Below are positions 1-12,614 of a DNA stretch of 35,926 nucleotides, in pieces (the first letter of the stretch is position 1; every line of letters starts with the position of its first letter). Origin of the DNA: Squalus acanthias (lineage: Eukaryota); contig JASTWF010000334.1 of NCBI GenBank assembly GCA_030390025.1, forward strand, positions 496,001 through 531,926. Reading direction: 5' to 3'. Under the pieces are notes generated by a model. That model was not told where the DNA came from, searched no databases, and worked only from the letters and a program-made list of their open reading frames with translations. Made by a program: the position numbers and the translations under genes.

Positions 1-2441
1 GGAACCCAAACTGAACATCGGTGAGCAGGTTATTGGTGAGTAAGTGGCACTTGATAGCACTGTCGACGACACCTTCCATCACTTTGCCGTTGATTAGAAA
101 CATAGAAAAATAGAAGCAGGAGTAGGCCATTCGGCCCTTCGAGCCTGCTCCGCCATTCAATATGATCATGGCTGATCCTCTATCTCAATACCATATTCCC
201 GCTCTCTCCCCATACCCCTTGTTGCCTTTTGTGTCTAGAAATCTATCTATCTCCTTCTTAAATATATTCAGTGACTTGGCCTCCACAGCCTTCTGTGGTA
301 GAGAATTCCACAGGTTCACCACCCTCTGAGTGAAGAAATTTCTCCTCATCTCAGTCCTAAATGTGCTACCCCATATGCTGAGACTGTGACCCCTCGTTCT
401 AGACCCCCCAGCCAGGGGAAACATCCTCCCTGCATCCAGTCTGTCCAGCCCTGTCAGAATTTTATATGTTTCAATGAGATCCCCTCTCATTCTTCTGAAC
501 TCTACGGAATACAGGCCTAGTTGACCCAATCTCTCCTCATAAGACAGTCCTGCCATCCCAGGAATCAATCTGGTGAACCTTCGCTGCACTCCCTCTATCG
601 CAAGTATATCCTTTCTTAGGTAAGGAGACCAAACTGCACACAGTACTCCAGGTGTGGTCTCACCAAGGCCCTGTACAACTGTAGTAAGACATCCTTGCTC
701 CTGTACTCAAATCCTCTTGCAATGATGGCCAACATACCATTTGCCTTCCTAACTGCTTGCTGCACCTGCATGTTTGCTTTCAGTGACTGGTGTACAAGGA
801 CACCCAGGTCCCTTTGTACATCAACATATCCCAATCTATCACCATTTAAATAATACTCTACCTTTCTGTTTTTCCTACCAAAGTGGATAACTTCACATCT
901 ATCCACATTATAATGCATCTGCCATGTATTTGCCCACTCACTCAACTTGTCTAAATCGCCTTGAAGCCTCTTTGCATCCTCCTCACAACTCACAATCCCA
1001 CCTAGTTTCGTGTCATCAACAAACTTGGAAATATTACATTTGGTTCCCTCATCCAAATCATTGATATATATTGTGAATAGCTGGGGCCCAAGCACTGATC
1101 CCTGTGGTACCCCACTAGTCACCGCCTGCCACCCTGAAAAAGACCCATTTATTCCTACTCTCTGTTTCCTGTCTGTTAACCAATTTTCAAGCCATGCCAG
1201 TCTATTACCCTAATCGCATGTGCTTTAATTTTGCACACTAACCTCTTATGTGGGATTTTATCAAAGGCCTTCTGAAAATCCAAATACACCACATCCACTG
1301 GTTCTCCCTTATCTATTCTACCAGTTACATCCTCAAAAAACTCCAGTAGGTTTGTCAAACGCGATTTCCCTTTCATAAATCCATGTTGACTTTGTCTAAT
1401 CCCGTTGATATTTTCTAAGTGTCTTGTTATCACATCCTTTTTAATAGACTCCAGCATTTTCCCTACTACTGATGTTAGGCTAACCGGTCTGTAGTTCCCT
1501 GTTTTCTCTCTCCCTCCTTTTTTAAATAGTGGGGTTACATTTGCCACCCTCCAATCTGCAAGAACTGTTCCATAACCTATAGAATTTTGGAAGGTGACAA
1601 CCAATGCATCCACTATTGAGAGTGGACTGATGGGGCGGTAATTGGCCGGATTGGATTTGTCCTGCTTTTTGTGGACAGGACATACCTGGGCAGTTGCCAG
1701 ATTGTCGGGCGGATGCCAGTGTTGTAGCTGTACTGGAACAGCTTGATTAGAGGCACAGCTAGTTCTGGAGCACAAGTCTTCAGCACAACAGCTGGGATGT
1801 TTTCGGGGCGCATATCTTTTTCTGTATCCAGTGCAATCAGCCTTTTCTTGATATCACGTGGAGTGAATCAAATTGGCTGAAGACTGGCTTCTGTGATGGT
1901 GGGGACCTCAGGAGGAGGCTAAGATGGATCATCCACTCGGCACTTCTTTGCTGAAGATGTTTGCAAATGCGTCATCTTGTCTTTTACACTTATGTGCTGG
2001 GCTCCACCATGATTGAGAATAGGGATTTTCATGGAGCCTCCGCCTCCCATTAGTTTAATCATCCACCACCAGCCATGACTGGATGTGGCAGGACTGCAGA
2101 GGTTTGATCTGATCCATTGATAGTGCGATCACTTGGCTCTGTCTATAGCATGCTGCTGCCACTGTTTAGCATGTATGCTGTCCTGTGCTCTAGCTTCATC
2201 AGATTGGCACCTCATTTTCAGGAATGTCAGATGCTGCTCCTGGCATGCTCTTCTACACTTCTCATTGAACCAGGGTTGGTCCCTTGGCTTGGTGGTAATG
2301 GTAGAGTGAGGGATATTGCAGGCCATCAGGTTACAGATTGTGGTGGAATACAATTCTCCTGCTGCTGATGGTGCACAGCGCCTCATGGATGCCCAGTTTT
2401 GAGCTGCTTGATGTGTTCTGAATCTATCCCATTTAGCACGA
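1..2441 (-). mobile_element. Degenerate non-LTR retrotransposon (LINE family B, CR1/L2-like ORF2), segments 1-96 and 1615-2441
   Basis: Minus-strand fragments such as PENIPAVVLKTCAPELAVPL..LFQYSYNTG and VCPVHKKQDKSNPANYRPIS are pre-RT LINE ORF2 motifs, and they differ from the dominant CR1 family. The sequence is continuous across the 97-1614 insert (..ttgatt / attgagagtgg..). Confidence 0.75.
97..1614 (-). mobile_element. 5'-truncated CR1 LINE (RT domain, 3' UTR and TATGTTTC-type tail)
   Basis: Minus-strand ORFs 1176-1614, 616-1122 and 185-589 carry YLDFQKAFD, GVPQGSVLGP, KFVDDTK and RRNFFTQRVVNLWNSLP, interrupted by frameshifts. The microsatellite tail is at ~97-110. Confidence 0.93.
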
Positions 2442-3246
2442 TCGAATATAAGAACATAAGAACATAAGAAGTAGGAGCAGGTGGAGGCCATATGGGCTTT
2501 GAGCCTGCTCCACCATTCAATAAGATCATGAGAGATCTTTCTCACCCAATCTCCATATCCCTTGATTCCAAAAATGTATCTATCTCAACCTTGAATATAC
2601 TCAACGACTCAGCCCTTTGGGGTAGAGAAGTCCAAAAATTCACAACCCTCTGAGTGAAGAAATTCCTCCTCACCTTAGTCTCAAATGGCGACCCCTTATC
2701 CTGAGACTATACCCCCTAGTTCTAGACTCTCCAGCCAGGGGAAACAACCTCGCAGCATCTATCCTGTCAATCCCCCTCAGAATCGTATTTGCTTCAATGA
2801 GATCACCTCAGTGGCAGCAGCAGAGTGAGTATTTAAACTCACTTTCGCGGGCTTTTTTTCAGAGGCCAGTGTCGGGAATGGAGAGAGCAGCAGCACAGTG
2901 AGTAGTTAAACTCACTTTCGCGGGCTTTTTTTCAGAGGCTTACCAATCTCACAGACCGGTCGGCGTTCCAGAGCCACGTCACAATTCAAAAAAGTGACGC
3001 GGACAAGGGGAAGCAGCTGATTGGGTGAGTACGGCCAGGTGAGTATTTATACTACTCTGTAGTTTGACAGTTAAGGTTAATAGTTTATAAAGTTTAGTAG
3101 GTCCTAATTTTTGTGGTTATAGTTTCTAAGGTCTCTGTTGTGTAGCAGGGAGTGCTAGTATACAAGGGCCCTTGAGTATATCATTTAATTGTAGTGTAAT
3201 TTGTGGTATTGATTTGAGTTAATTTAAATTAATTAAAGGATAAGTC

Positions 3247-4197
3247 ATGGCAGCACAGCTCAGCCCCGTGGCATGCTCCTCCTGCACTATGTGGGAAATC
3301 AGGGACACTTCCTGTGTCCCTGACAACCATGTGTGCGGGAAGTGTATCCAGCTGCAGCTACTGGCAGACCGCATTGCAGTGCTGGAGCTGCGAATGGATG
3401 CATACTGGAGCATTCGCAATGCTGAGGACATCGTGGATAGCACGTTTAGGGAGTTGGTCACACCGCAGGTAAAGGCTGCACAGGCAGGAAGGGAATGGGG
3501 GACCACCAGGCAGAGTAGTAGGCGCAGGCAGGTAGTGCAGGGGTCCCCTGTGGACATCCCCCTCTCAAACAGATATACCACTTTAGATATTGTTGAGGGA
3601 GATGGCTTATCGGGGGAAGGCAGCAGCAACCAACTTCCTGGCACCATGGGTGGTTCTGCTGCACAGGACAGGAGGAAAAAGAGCGGGAGAGCTATAGTGA
3701 TAGGGGATTCTATTGTAAGGGTAATAGATAGGCGTTTCTGCTGCCGCAAATGAGACTCCAGGATGGCATGTTGCCTCCCTGGTGCAAGGGTCAAGGATGT
3801 CTCGGAGCGGCTGCAGGGCATTCTGGAGGGGGAGGGTGAACAGCCAGTTGTCGTGGTGCATATAGGTACCAACGATATAGGTAAAAAATGGGATGAGGTC
3901 CTAAAACCTGAATATAGGGAGTTAGGAGGTAAATTAAAAAATAGGACTTCAAAGGTAGTAATCTCAGGATTGCTACCGGTGCCACGTGCTAGTCAGAGTA
4001 GAAATAGAAGGATATTTCAGATGAATACGTGGCCAGAGGAATGGTGCAAGGGGGAGGGATTCAAATTCCTGGGACATTGGAACCAGTTCTGGGGGAGGTG
4101 GGACTAGTACAAACAGGACGGTTTGCATCTGGGCAGGACCGGGACCGATGTCCTAGGGGGAGTATTTGCTAGTGCTGTTGGGGAGGGTTTAAACTAA
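3247..4197 (+). pseudogene. CR1 ORF1 (CxxC-CxxC zinc finger, leucine zipper, SGNH esterase) with two premature stops
   Basis: CSSC..CGKC, heptad leucines, IVIGDSIVR, LPGAR, VHIGTND and DGLHL. In-frame stops at 3751 and 4105; natural end GGT TTA AAC TAA at 4186-4197. Confidence 0.9.
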
Positions 4198-7100
4198 AAT
4201 GGCAGGGGGTTGGGAACCTGTGCAGGGAAACAGAGGAAAGGGAAGCAAGGATAGAAGCAAAAGACAGGAAGAAGAAAAGCAAAAGTGGAAGGCAGAGAAA
4301 TCAAGGGTGTAAATCAAACAGGGCTACAGTAAATAATAATTCTAAAAGGACTAAGAGTGTTAAAAAAACAAGCCTGGAGGCTTTTGTGTCTTAATGCGAG
4401 GAGCATTCGTAATAAGGTGGATGAATTAGCTGCGCAAATAGATGTAAACGGATATGATATAATTGGGATTACGGAGACATGGCTCCAGGGTGACCAAGGT
4501 TGGGAATTCAACATCCAGGGGTATTCAATATTCAGAAGGACAGACAAAAAGTAAAAGGAGGTGGGGTAGCATTGCTGGTTAAAGAGGAGATTAACACAAT
4601 AGTAAGGAAGGATATTAGCTCTGATGATGTGGAATCTGTATGGGGAGAGCTGAGAAATACCAAGGGGCAGAAAACGTTAGTGGGAGTTGTATACAGACCC
4701 CCAAACAGTAATGCTGAGGTTGGGGTTGGCATTAAACGGGAAATTAGAGATGCGTGCAATAAGGGCACAGCAGTTATCATGGGTGACTTTAATCTACATA
4801 TAGATTGGGCTAACCAAATTAGTAACAATACTGTGGAGGAGGAATTCCTAGACTGTATACGGGATGGTTTCCTGGACCAATATGTCGAGCAACCTACTAG
4901 AGATCAGGCCATCTTAGACTGGGTATTATGTAATGAGAAAGGATTAATTAGCAATCTTGTTGTGCGAGGCCCCTTGGGGAGGAGCGATCATAATATGATA
5001 GAATTCTTCATTAAGATGGAGAGTGAAGTAGTTGACTCAGAGACTAGGGTCCTGAATTTAAATAAAGGAAACTACGATGGTATGAGGCGCGAGTTGGCTA
5101 GGATGGATTGGGGAGCGTTACTTAAAGGGTTGACGGTGGATAGGCAATGGCAAACATTTATAGATAGCATGGATGAACTACAGAATTTGTTCATCCCTGT
5201 TTGGCATAAAAATAAAACAAAAAAGGTGACTCAACCGTGGCTAACAAGGGAAATTAGGGATAGCATAAGATCCAAGGAGAGGACATATAAATTGGCCAGA
5301 AAAAGCAGCAAACCTGAGGATTGGAAACAGTTTAGGATTCAGCAAAGGAAGACAAAGGGATTAATTAAGAAGGGGAAAATAGAATATGAGAGTAAGCTTT
5401 CAGGGAACATAAAAACTGACTGTAAAAGCTTCTATAGATATGTGAAGAGAAAAAGATTGGTGAAGTCAAGCGTAGGTCCCTTGCAGTCAGAATCAGGGGA
5501 ATTTATAATGGAGAACAAAGAAATGGCTGACGAATTAAATACATACTTTGGTTCTGTCTTCACAAAGGAGGACACAAATAAACTCCCAGAGATGTCGGGG
5601 AACATCGGGTCTAATGAGAGGGAGGAATTGAATGAAATCACTATTTGCAGGGAAATGGTGTTTGGGAAATTGACGGGATTGAAGGCCGATAAATCCCCAG
5701 GGCCTGATAATCAACATCCTAGGGTACTTAAGGAAGTGGCCCTAGAAATAGTAGATGCATTGCTGGTCACCTTTCAAAATTCTATAGACTCTGGAATAGT
5801 TCTTATGGATTGGAGGGTAGCTAATGTAACCCCACTATTTAAAAAAGGTGGTAGAGAAAAAACGGGGAATTATAAGCTTGACATTGGTAGTGGGCAAAAT
5901 GCTAGAGTCCATCATAAAAGATGTAATAGCTGAGCACTTGGAAAACAGTGACAGGATCGGACAAAGTCAACATGGATTTACAAAAGGTAAATCATGCCTG
6001 ACTAATCTACTGGAATTTTTTGAGGATGTAACTGGTAGAATAATTAAGGGAGAAACAGTGGATGTGGTGTATTTGGACTTTCAGAAGGCTTTCGATAAGG
6101 TCCCGCATAAGAGATTAGCGTGCAAAGTTAAAGCACATGGGATTGGGGGTGAGGTACTGATTTGGATAGAGAACTGGTTGGCAGACAGGAAACAAAGAGT
6201 TGGAATAAATGGGTCTTTTTCCGAGTGGCAGGCAGTGACTAGTGGGGTACCACAGGGATCGGTGCTAGGACCCCAGCTATTCACAATATATATTAATGAT
6301 CTAGACGAGGGAACTAGATATAATATCTCTAAGTTTGCAGACAACACAAAGCTGGGTGGGCGTGTGTGCTGTGAGGAGGATGCAGAGAAACTCCAGTATG
6401 ATTTAGACAGGTTGGGTGATTGGGCAGATGCATGGCAGATGCAGTATCATGTGGATAATTGCGAGGTTATCCACTTTGGTGTCAAAAACAGGAAGACAGA
6501 TTATTATCTGAATGGCAATTGAAGGATCCAGATTGTTCCCAAAGAACTCTGGGATACTTGACTACTACTGAAGGATCCTGCTTGTTCCCAAAGAATGCTG
6601 AGATACTTGACTACATTACCCTCTACTTATTTCGGATAGTAGGTTTAGCTGATTAAGGCATATTTGTAGACTGGAAGGTGCCTCTCTCCCCTTATCAAAC
6701 CTTGGAATATATGTATTCACAACCTCAGTAGAGCCATTGTCAAAGCACAGCCTGGCCTCCCAAGAGATAAGGGAGCAATTAACAACCAACACAGTTCCAG
6801 GCACGGGGGTACATCTACTATTCGAACCTGGTCACCCAAGAGATAAGGGAGCAATTAATGACCAACACGGTTCCAGTCACTGAGCATCCAAGCCATTACG
6901 GCCTTGAGCCACCCCGCTCTGTCCGACAGCCAGGGATAAAATATGTTTTCTCAAACTATAAACTATGCCCGCAAAGGAAGAGATAACAGCAAGAATTTGG
7001 GGAGTAGGATGAGGCAACCAACATCTGTGACTGGCATGGTCAGGGTTCAAGGGGAGGGCCCGACAGTTGAGTGACTAACCATATAACCAATAGAGAGTAA

Positions 7101-7988
7101 CTGTAGTGACACTGTTTGTACGTGTACGCCCCATTCTGTAGTAAGTGGGCGGTGCTTATAGAAATGTATAACTTGAATGAACCATTACTTGTTCCTCAGA
7201 GAGTGCGCCCCTAGCTTGAGGAAGCTGAGTGGCTCTCCCTTGTGCACAAGTCTTTTGTTTATTTTAATAAATTCTGAACTTGTCCTCAATTCCGTCTCCG
7301 TCTAGAGTTTCTCCAAATTCGAATCTAACACAATAGATTGGGAAAAGGTGAAGTGCAACGAGACCTGGGAGTCCTTGTGCACCTGTCGCTGAAGGTAAGC
7401 ATGCAGGTGCAGCAGGCGGTTAAGAAGGCAAATGGTATGTTGGCCTTCATAGCGAGAGGATTCGAATACAGAAGCAAGGATGTCTTGCTGCAGTTAAACA
7501 AAGCCTTGGTGAGACCACACCTTCTGTATTGTGTGCAGTTTTGGTCGCCTTATCTGAGGAAGGATGATCTTGCCATGGAGGGAGTGCAGCGAAGATTCAC
7601 CAGACTGATACCTGGGATGGCAGGAATGACGTATGAAGAGAGATTGGGTCGATTAGGCTTATATTCGCTAGAGTCTAGAAGAATGAGAGGGGATCTCATT
7701 GAAACTTATAAAATTCTAACAGGACTAGACAGACTAGATGCAGGAAGGATGTTCCCGATGGCGGGGGAGTCCAGAACCAGAGGTCACAGTCTAAGTATAA
7801 GGGGTAAGCCATTTAGGACTGAGATGAGGAGGAATTTCTTCACCCAGAGAGTGGTGAACCTGTGGAATTCTCTACCACAGAAGGCAGTTGAGGCCAATTC
7901 ATTAAATATATTCAAGAAGGAGATAGATATATTTCTTAAGGCTAAAGGGATCAAGAGATATGGGGAGAAAGCAGGGACAGGGTACTGA
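4188..7988 (+). pseudogene. CR1 ORF2 (APE endonuclease and reverse transcriptase), disrupted
   Basis: LNARSIRNK, ITETW, GVVYRPP, MGDFN, SDH, YLDFQKAFD, QGSVLGP and FADN (degenerate FADD). Frameshifts near 4383, 4535 and 5875; LTR insertion at 6520. Confidence 0.9.
6520..7330 (+). mobile_element. Solo LTR (811 bp) of an endogenous retrovirus or LTR element
   Basis: TG...CA termini and a perfect 4-bp TSD CAAT (6516-6519, 7331-7334). Two pairs of internal ~45 bp direct repeats, CCAAT at ~7087, a TATA-like element at ~7157-7170 and AATAAA at 7266-7271. It splits the CR1 codons YYLNGN|RLG, which are intact in the sister copy at 14894-15712. Confidence 0.9.
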
Positions 7989-8380
7989 ATTTGCATGATC
8001 AGCCATGATCTCATTAAATGGCGGAGCAGGCTCAAGGGGCCGAATGGCCTACTCCTGCTCCTATCTTCTATGCTTCTATGCTTCTATTCTTCTAAACTCG
8101 AAGAGTATAGGCCCAATCTACTCAATCTCTTCTCACAGGACAACCCTCTCATCCTAGCAATCAATCCAGTGGACCATTGTTGCAGTGCCTCAGATAAGGA
8201 GACTAAAACTGTGCACATTTCTCCAGGTGTGGTCTCACCAAAGCCCTGCACAACTGTAGCAAGACTTCCTTACTCTTGTACTCCAACCCCCTTGCAATAA
8301 AGGATAACATGGCATTTGCCTTCCGATTGCTTGCTGTACCTGCATGCTAACTCTTTATGTTTCCTGTCCGAGGACACCAA

Positions 8381-10792
8381 GGTGGAAAAATTCAGTCGCG
8401 CCCCCTTTGGGGTGCTAACCCGAAAAAGTTAGCGCCCCCGCGCCGTAAATTCAGTGGTAGCGCCCCAAGCTGGGAAGCTTTTGGAGGTGGGACTGCTTCT
8501 TGCCAGCTTTCAATCCCGCCTCCATCAGCTTCTGGCCATCCAACGGGATTTTCCCGTGATTGACCTTGTTAAGCCCGCCCAGTGGGCTGAGCAGGCCAAT
8601 TAGGGGGAAGTCAGTGACAGAGCACGTCAACGTATGACATGCCACCTGTCAAGATTTTTTGAAAGAAGAAGCTCTCTGGCTTCAGATGTGGTGCCGGAGG
8701 ACTGGAGGACTGCTAATGTGGTACCCTTGTTTAAAAATGGAGAAAAGGATAGACCGAGTAATTACAGGCTGGTCAGCCTAACCTCACTGGTGGGAAAATT
8801 ATTGGAAAGAATTTTGAAGGACAGGATAAATCTTCATTTAGAAAGACACGGATTAATCAAGGATAGTCAGCACGGATTTGTTAAGGGAAGGTCGTGTCTG
8901 ACAAACTTGATTGAATTTTTCGAGGAGGTAACAAAGAGGGTAGATGAGGGTAGTGCATTTGATGTAGTGTATATGGACTTTAGCAAGGCTTTTGATAAGG
9001 TTCCACATGGCAGACTGGTCACAAAGTTAAAAGCCCATGGGATCCAAGGCAAAGTGTCAAGTTGGATTCAAAACTGGCTTGGAGACAGGAAGCAGAGGGT
9101 AATGTTTGATGGGTGTTTTTGTGACTGGAAGGCTGTTTCCAGTGGGGTTCCACAGGGCTCAGTACTAGGTCCCTTGCTTTTTGTGGTATATATCAACGAT
9201 CTTGACTTGAATATAGTGGGTATGATTAAGAAGTTTGCAGATGATACTAAAATCGGCTGTGTGGTTGATACTGAAGAAGAAAGCTGTAGACTGCAGGAAG
9301 ATATCAATAAATTGGTCAGGTAGGCAGAACAGTGGCAAATGGAATTCAATCCGGAGAAGTGTGAAGTAATGCATTTGGTGAGGGCTAACAAGGAAAGGGA
9401 ATACACATTAAATTGTAGGACACTGAATAGTGTAGAGGAACAAAGGGACCTTGGAGTACATGTCCACAGATCCCTGAAGGTAGCAGGCCAAGTAGATAAG
9501 GTGGTTAAGAAGGCATACGGAATGCTTGCCTTTATTAGCCATGGCATAGAATACAAGAGCAGGGGGGTTATGCTTCAACTGTATAAAACACTAGTTAAGC
9601 CTCAGTTAGAGTACTGCGTGCAGTTCTGGTCACCACATTACAGGAAAGATGTGATTGCACTAGAGAGGGTACAGAGGAGATTTACAAGGATGTTGCCAGG
9701 AGTAGAGAATCTTAGCTATGAGGAAAGACTGGATAGGCTGGGTCTGTTTTCCTTGGAACAGAGGAGGCTGAGGGGAGACCTTATTGAGGTGTATAAAATT
9801 ATGAGGGGCGTAGATAAAGTGGATAGAAAGGACCTATTTCCCTTAGCAGAGGGGTCAAAAACTAGGGGGCACAGATTTAAAGTAATTGGGGGAAGGTTTA
9901 GAGGGGATTTGAGGGGAAATTTCTTCACCCAGAGGGTTGTGGGGGTCTGGAACTCATTGCCTGAAAGGGTGGTAGAGGCAGGAATCCTAACCACATTTAA
10001 AAAGTACTTGGATGTGCACTTGGGATGCTGTAACCTGCAGGGCTACGGACCAAGAGCTAGGAAGTGGGGTTAGGCTGGATAGCTCTTTGCTGGCCGGCGC
10101 AGACACGATGGGCCGAAATGGCTTCCTTCCGTGCTGTAACTTTCTATGATTCTATGATTCTATAATGTCATCGTTTGACAGCTCTGTGAAGCTGTCAAAC
10201 ACTGACATTCTCTGTTGTTTGATGAGACCTTGTGTTCAGGACTCATCAAACCTTTCAACTTGGCAGAAATCACCTGGCTGTTGGTTCGGAGGATCCAACA
10301 GCCAGTCTGTGAAATCTTCAATGGAGATGTCGGGGACTCCGGCTCCACAGCGGCTGAAGGCTGTAGGCAGAAACAAAGGTAAGTGAACATTTTCTAACAC
10401 TTTACACTCACCTTACATACTTACCACTCCACACTTGCACCCATCACTCACCTCTACATTGCACTTTCAGACCCCTCCGGCCCCCTCCGACCTTCTACTG
10501 ATCTCCTACACCCTGGCGGGGTTCCCCGAGGTCGGGAAGCCTGCACTTCGGAAGGAAAAATGGGGATAATCCTATTTTCTGCTGGTTAACTACCTGTTAA
10601 CAGGCAGTTAATAGGCTTTAATTCCTTTCCCGCCTTGAGGAGACGGGACCCAGGGCAGGACAGCTTCCCGCCTCCTGGCAAGAGGGCACGGAGGCGGGAT
10701 GGGGGTGGGTTTGCCACCCGCCCCAAATTCTGCAACTTTACCGGCAGTCCCGCCTCCATACCCACCTCCTCGGTGCTGACAAAATCCAGCCC
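8381..10792. mobile_element. Non-autonomous Harbinger-type element, split by a CR1 insertion
   Basis: 8480-8670 plus 10165-10792 align in reverse to the element at 25808-26651. The right end is AAAATCCAGCCC. The left ~100 bp does not match that family. Confidence 0.75.
8671..10162 (+). mobile_element. 5'-truncated CR1 LINE (second subfamily)
   Basis: RT ORFs 8634-9323 and 9339-10073 (YMDFSKAFD, KFADDTK) are separated by one in-frame stop. (tctatgat)n tail at 10143-10162. Confidence 0.92.
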
Positions 10793-11322
10793 TTTGGCCG
10801 CGATTTTCACAGCCCCGAGGAGGGGGGTTTGGAGGCGGGACTGTTGGGAAAATCGCAAAAAGTGAGCCCGGGTTCGGAACCCGCCTCCAACCCGCCTCTG
10901 CGCAATTATGCCGGAAGCGGGTTTGACGGGTGCAATTCGGTCCCGCCTCCATCAGTCGGGAGAGGTAGTTAAGACCCTTAAATAGTCGTTAAGGACCTCT
11001 ATAATCCTATTTTGACAGGCCTTTGTTATTTTGCCACATTTTGCACGTGTTGTACGACCCTCCTAAACCACACCAGTTGATCCTGACGGGTTGACAAGTG
11101 GGTGGCCTCCTCACAGCTGCAGCTCCACCATTAAAACGGAGCTTTCATCAGGGAGCAGTTGCAGGTGGCAGAACTTTTGTTCCACAGGTCTTTCAGCACT
11201 TTTAGCAGGCCTACCGAAGTCGGAGATGCTGCAGCTTCTATCTCTCAACTGTAGGACCTCCTTGGAAGACCCTCTCCCCGCTTGGACTGAGCGCTTCCCC
11301 AACGAAGGTATCTGCCAGCAGC

Positions 11323-12348
11323 ATGGGAACCATTTATTTCCTTTCATCATGGACCTCAGATTCGGATGAGGAGCAGCCACGGCAGCAGCAGAACCAGGCA
11401 GCTCAGCAGCAACAGCAGCAGGAGCGCCAACCTCCTGCTCACCCACCTGATGCTGCACAGGGCAGAAGGTGCCAGCACATGACAGCACATCGCCGCAGGA
11501 GATACCCCCTCTCAGGGTTTACAGACAGAGGATGAGCTACCTCAACATGAGTGAGCAGCAGTACCAAAGGAGGCTGAGGGTTTCACGAGAGGTTGTCGGA
11601 GACACCTGCGCACTGCTGCAACCAAACCAGGAGCCCAGAGGAGCGGCTGGACACCCCTTACCAGTGGTTGTCAAAGTCACCACCGCACTCAACCTTTTTG
11701 CCTCAGGTTCCTTCCAGGGATCATCAGCAGACATCAGTGGCATCTCCCAGTCAGCCGCCCACAGTTGCATCACGCAGGTTACCAATGCCCTTTTCGCAAA
11801 GGCATCCATTTGCATGCACTTCTTAAGGGATCAAGCAAGTAGAACCGCGTGTTCAGTTGGCTTTGCAAATATGGCAGGCTTGCCAATGGTTTAGGGCGTC
11901 ATAGACTGCACACATGTGGCCCTTAGGGCACCCCATCACAACCCAGCTATCTTTCTCAACTGCAAGGGCTTCCACTCCCTCAAAGTACAGCTGGTGTGTA
12001 ACCACAAGAAGGAGATTTTGCATTTTTGCGCCAAGTTCTGTGGTAGTTGCCATGACTCGTTCATCCTGCGGAGCTCCAGTGTTCCTATGCTCTTCAATCC
12101 GCCAAACCAACTTAATGGATGGCTTCTTGGTGACAAGGGCTGCACCCTGAAGAAGTGGCTAATGACAGCATCATGGCTTGCAGCTTCCTGATGAGCAAGT
12201 GGTTCAGTTCATAGCCTCCTCAGATGAGGATGAGGAGGATGAGGAGGAGGATGAGGAGGACCGAGTGGCGGCGTATCTACCAGGAGCAGTGGCAGCGCGC
12301 GAGCACATGGCTGCCCGTGATGCAAGGGAAGCACTCATCCTGGCCTGA
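11323..12348 (+). pseudogene. Harbinger (HARBI1-like) DDE transposase, disrupted
   Basis: RRLRVSRE, KVTTALNLFASGSFQ, GISQSAAH, (Q)[31 protein letters not shown] and WLLGDKG. Frameshift near 11505, stop at 11892, and the region carrying the third catalytic residue is missing before the acidic tail. Confidence 0.88.
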
Positions 12349-12614
12349 TTTGCATAGGTTGCCCATTGTGGCACATGTGACTGGCTCCTTCTTAACACAT
12401 GATAGACAATGGACATGACTTTCTGGCCTCCTTTCACTCTGACCACTAACCTGACCATGCAAGTGTCGCGGAGCCCGCAATGTGGAGCTGCCTAAGCCGA
12501 AATAACAGATGCCATCACGCCATCAGTTTGCCATCACCTCATTTAAATACATTTACACAGGGATGGCATTTCATCAATAAACAGAAAAAATCACCAAAGA
12601 GCCTACCCCTGTGA

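Larger units (their letters stand above)
2810..8085 (+). mobile_element. Near-full-length CR1 LINE (5' UTR, ORF1, ORF2, 3' tail), interrupted by a solo LTR
   Basis: 5' UTR with a duplicated ~54 bp monomer (2813-2866, 2886-2939), ORF1 from 3247, APE endonuclease and RT ORF2 ending at 7988, and a (tctatgct)n tail at ~8064-8085. Host CR1 sequence resumes on both sides. Confidence 0.93.

Noticed and set aside
6521..6880. Spaced direct repeats superficially like a CRISPR array
   Set aside because: There are only two copies of each of two different units, inside an LTR in vertebrate DNA, with no cas genes.
9068..9556. Many antisense ORFs over CR1 RT regions (also 1010-1213, 6081-6347, 32219-32740)
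   Set aside because: They are shadow frames of LINE ORF2 that recur because the repeats are homologous.
11380..11425. CAG-rich poly-Gln stretch, and GAG/GAT repeats at 12224-12260
   Set aside because: These are low-complexity termini of the Harbinger transposase, not host genes.
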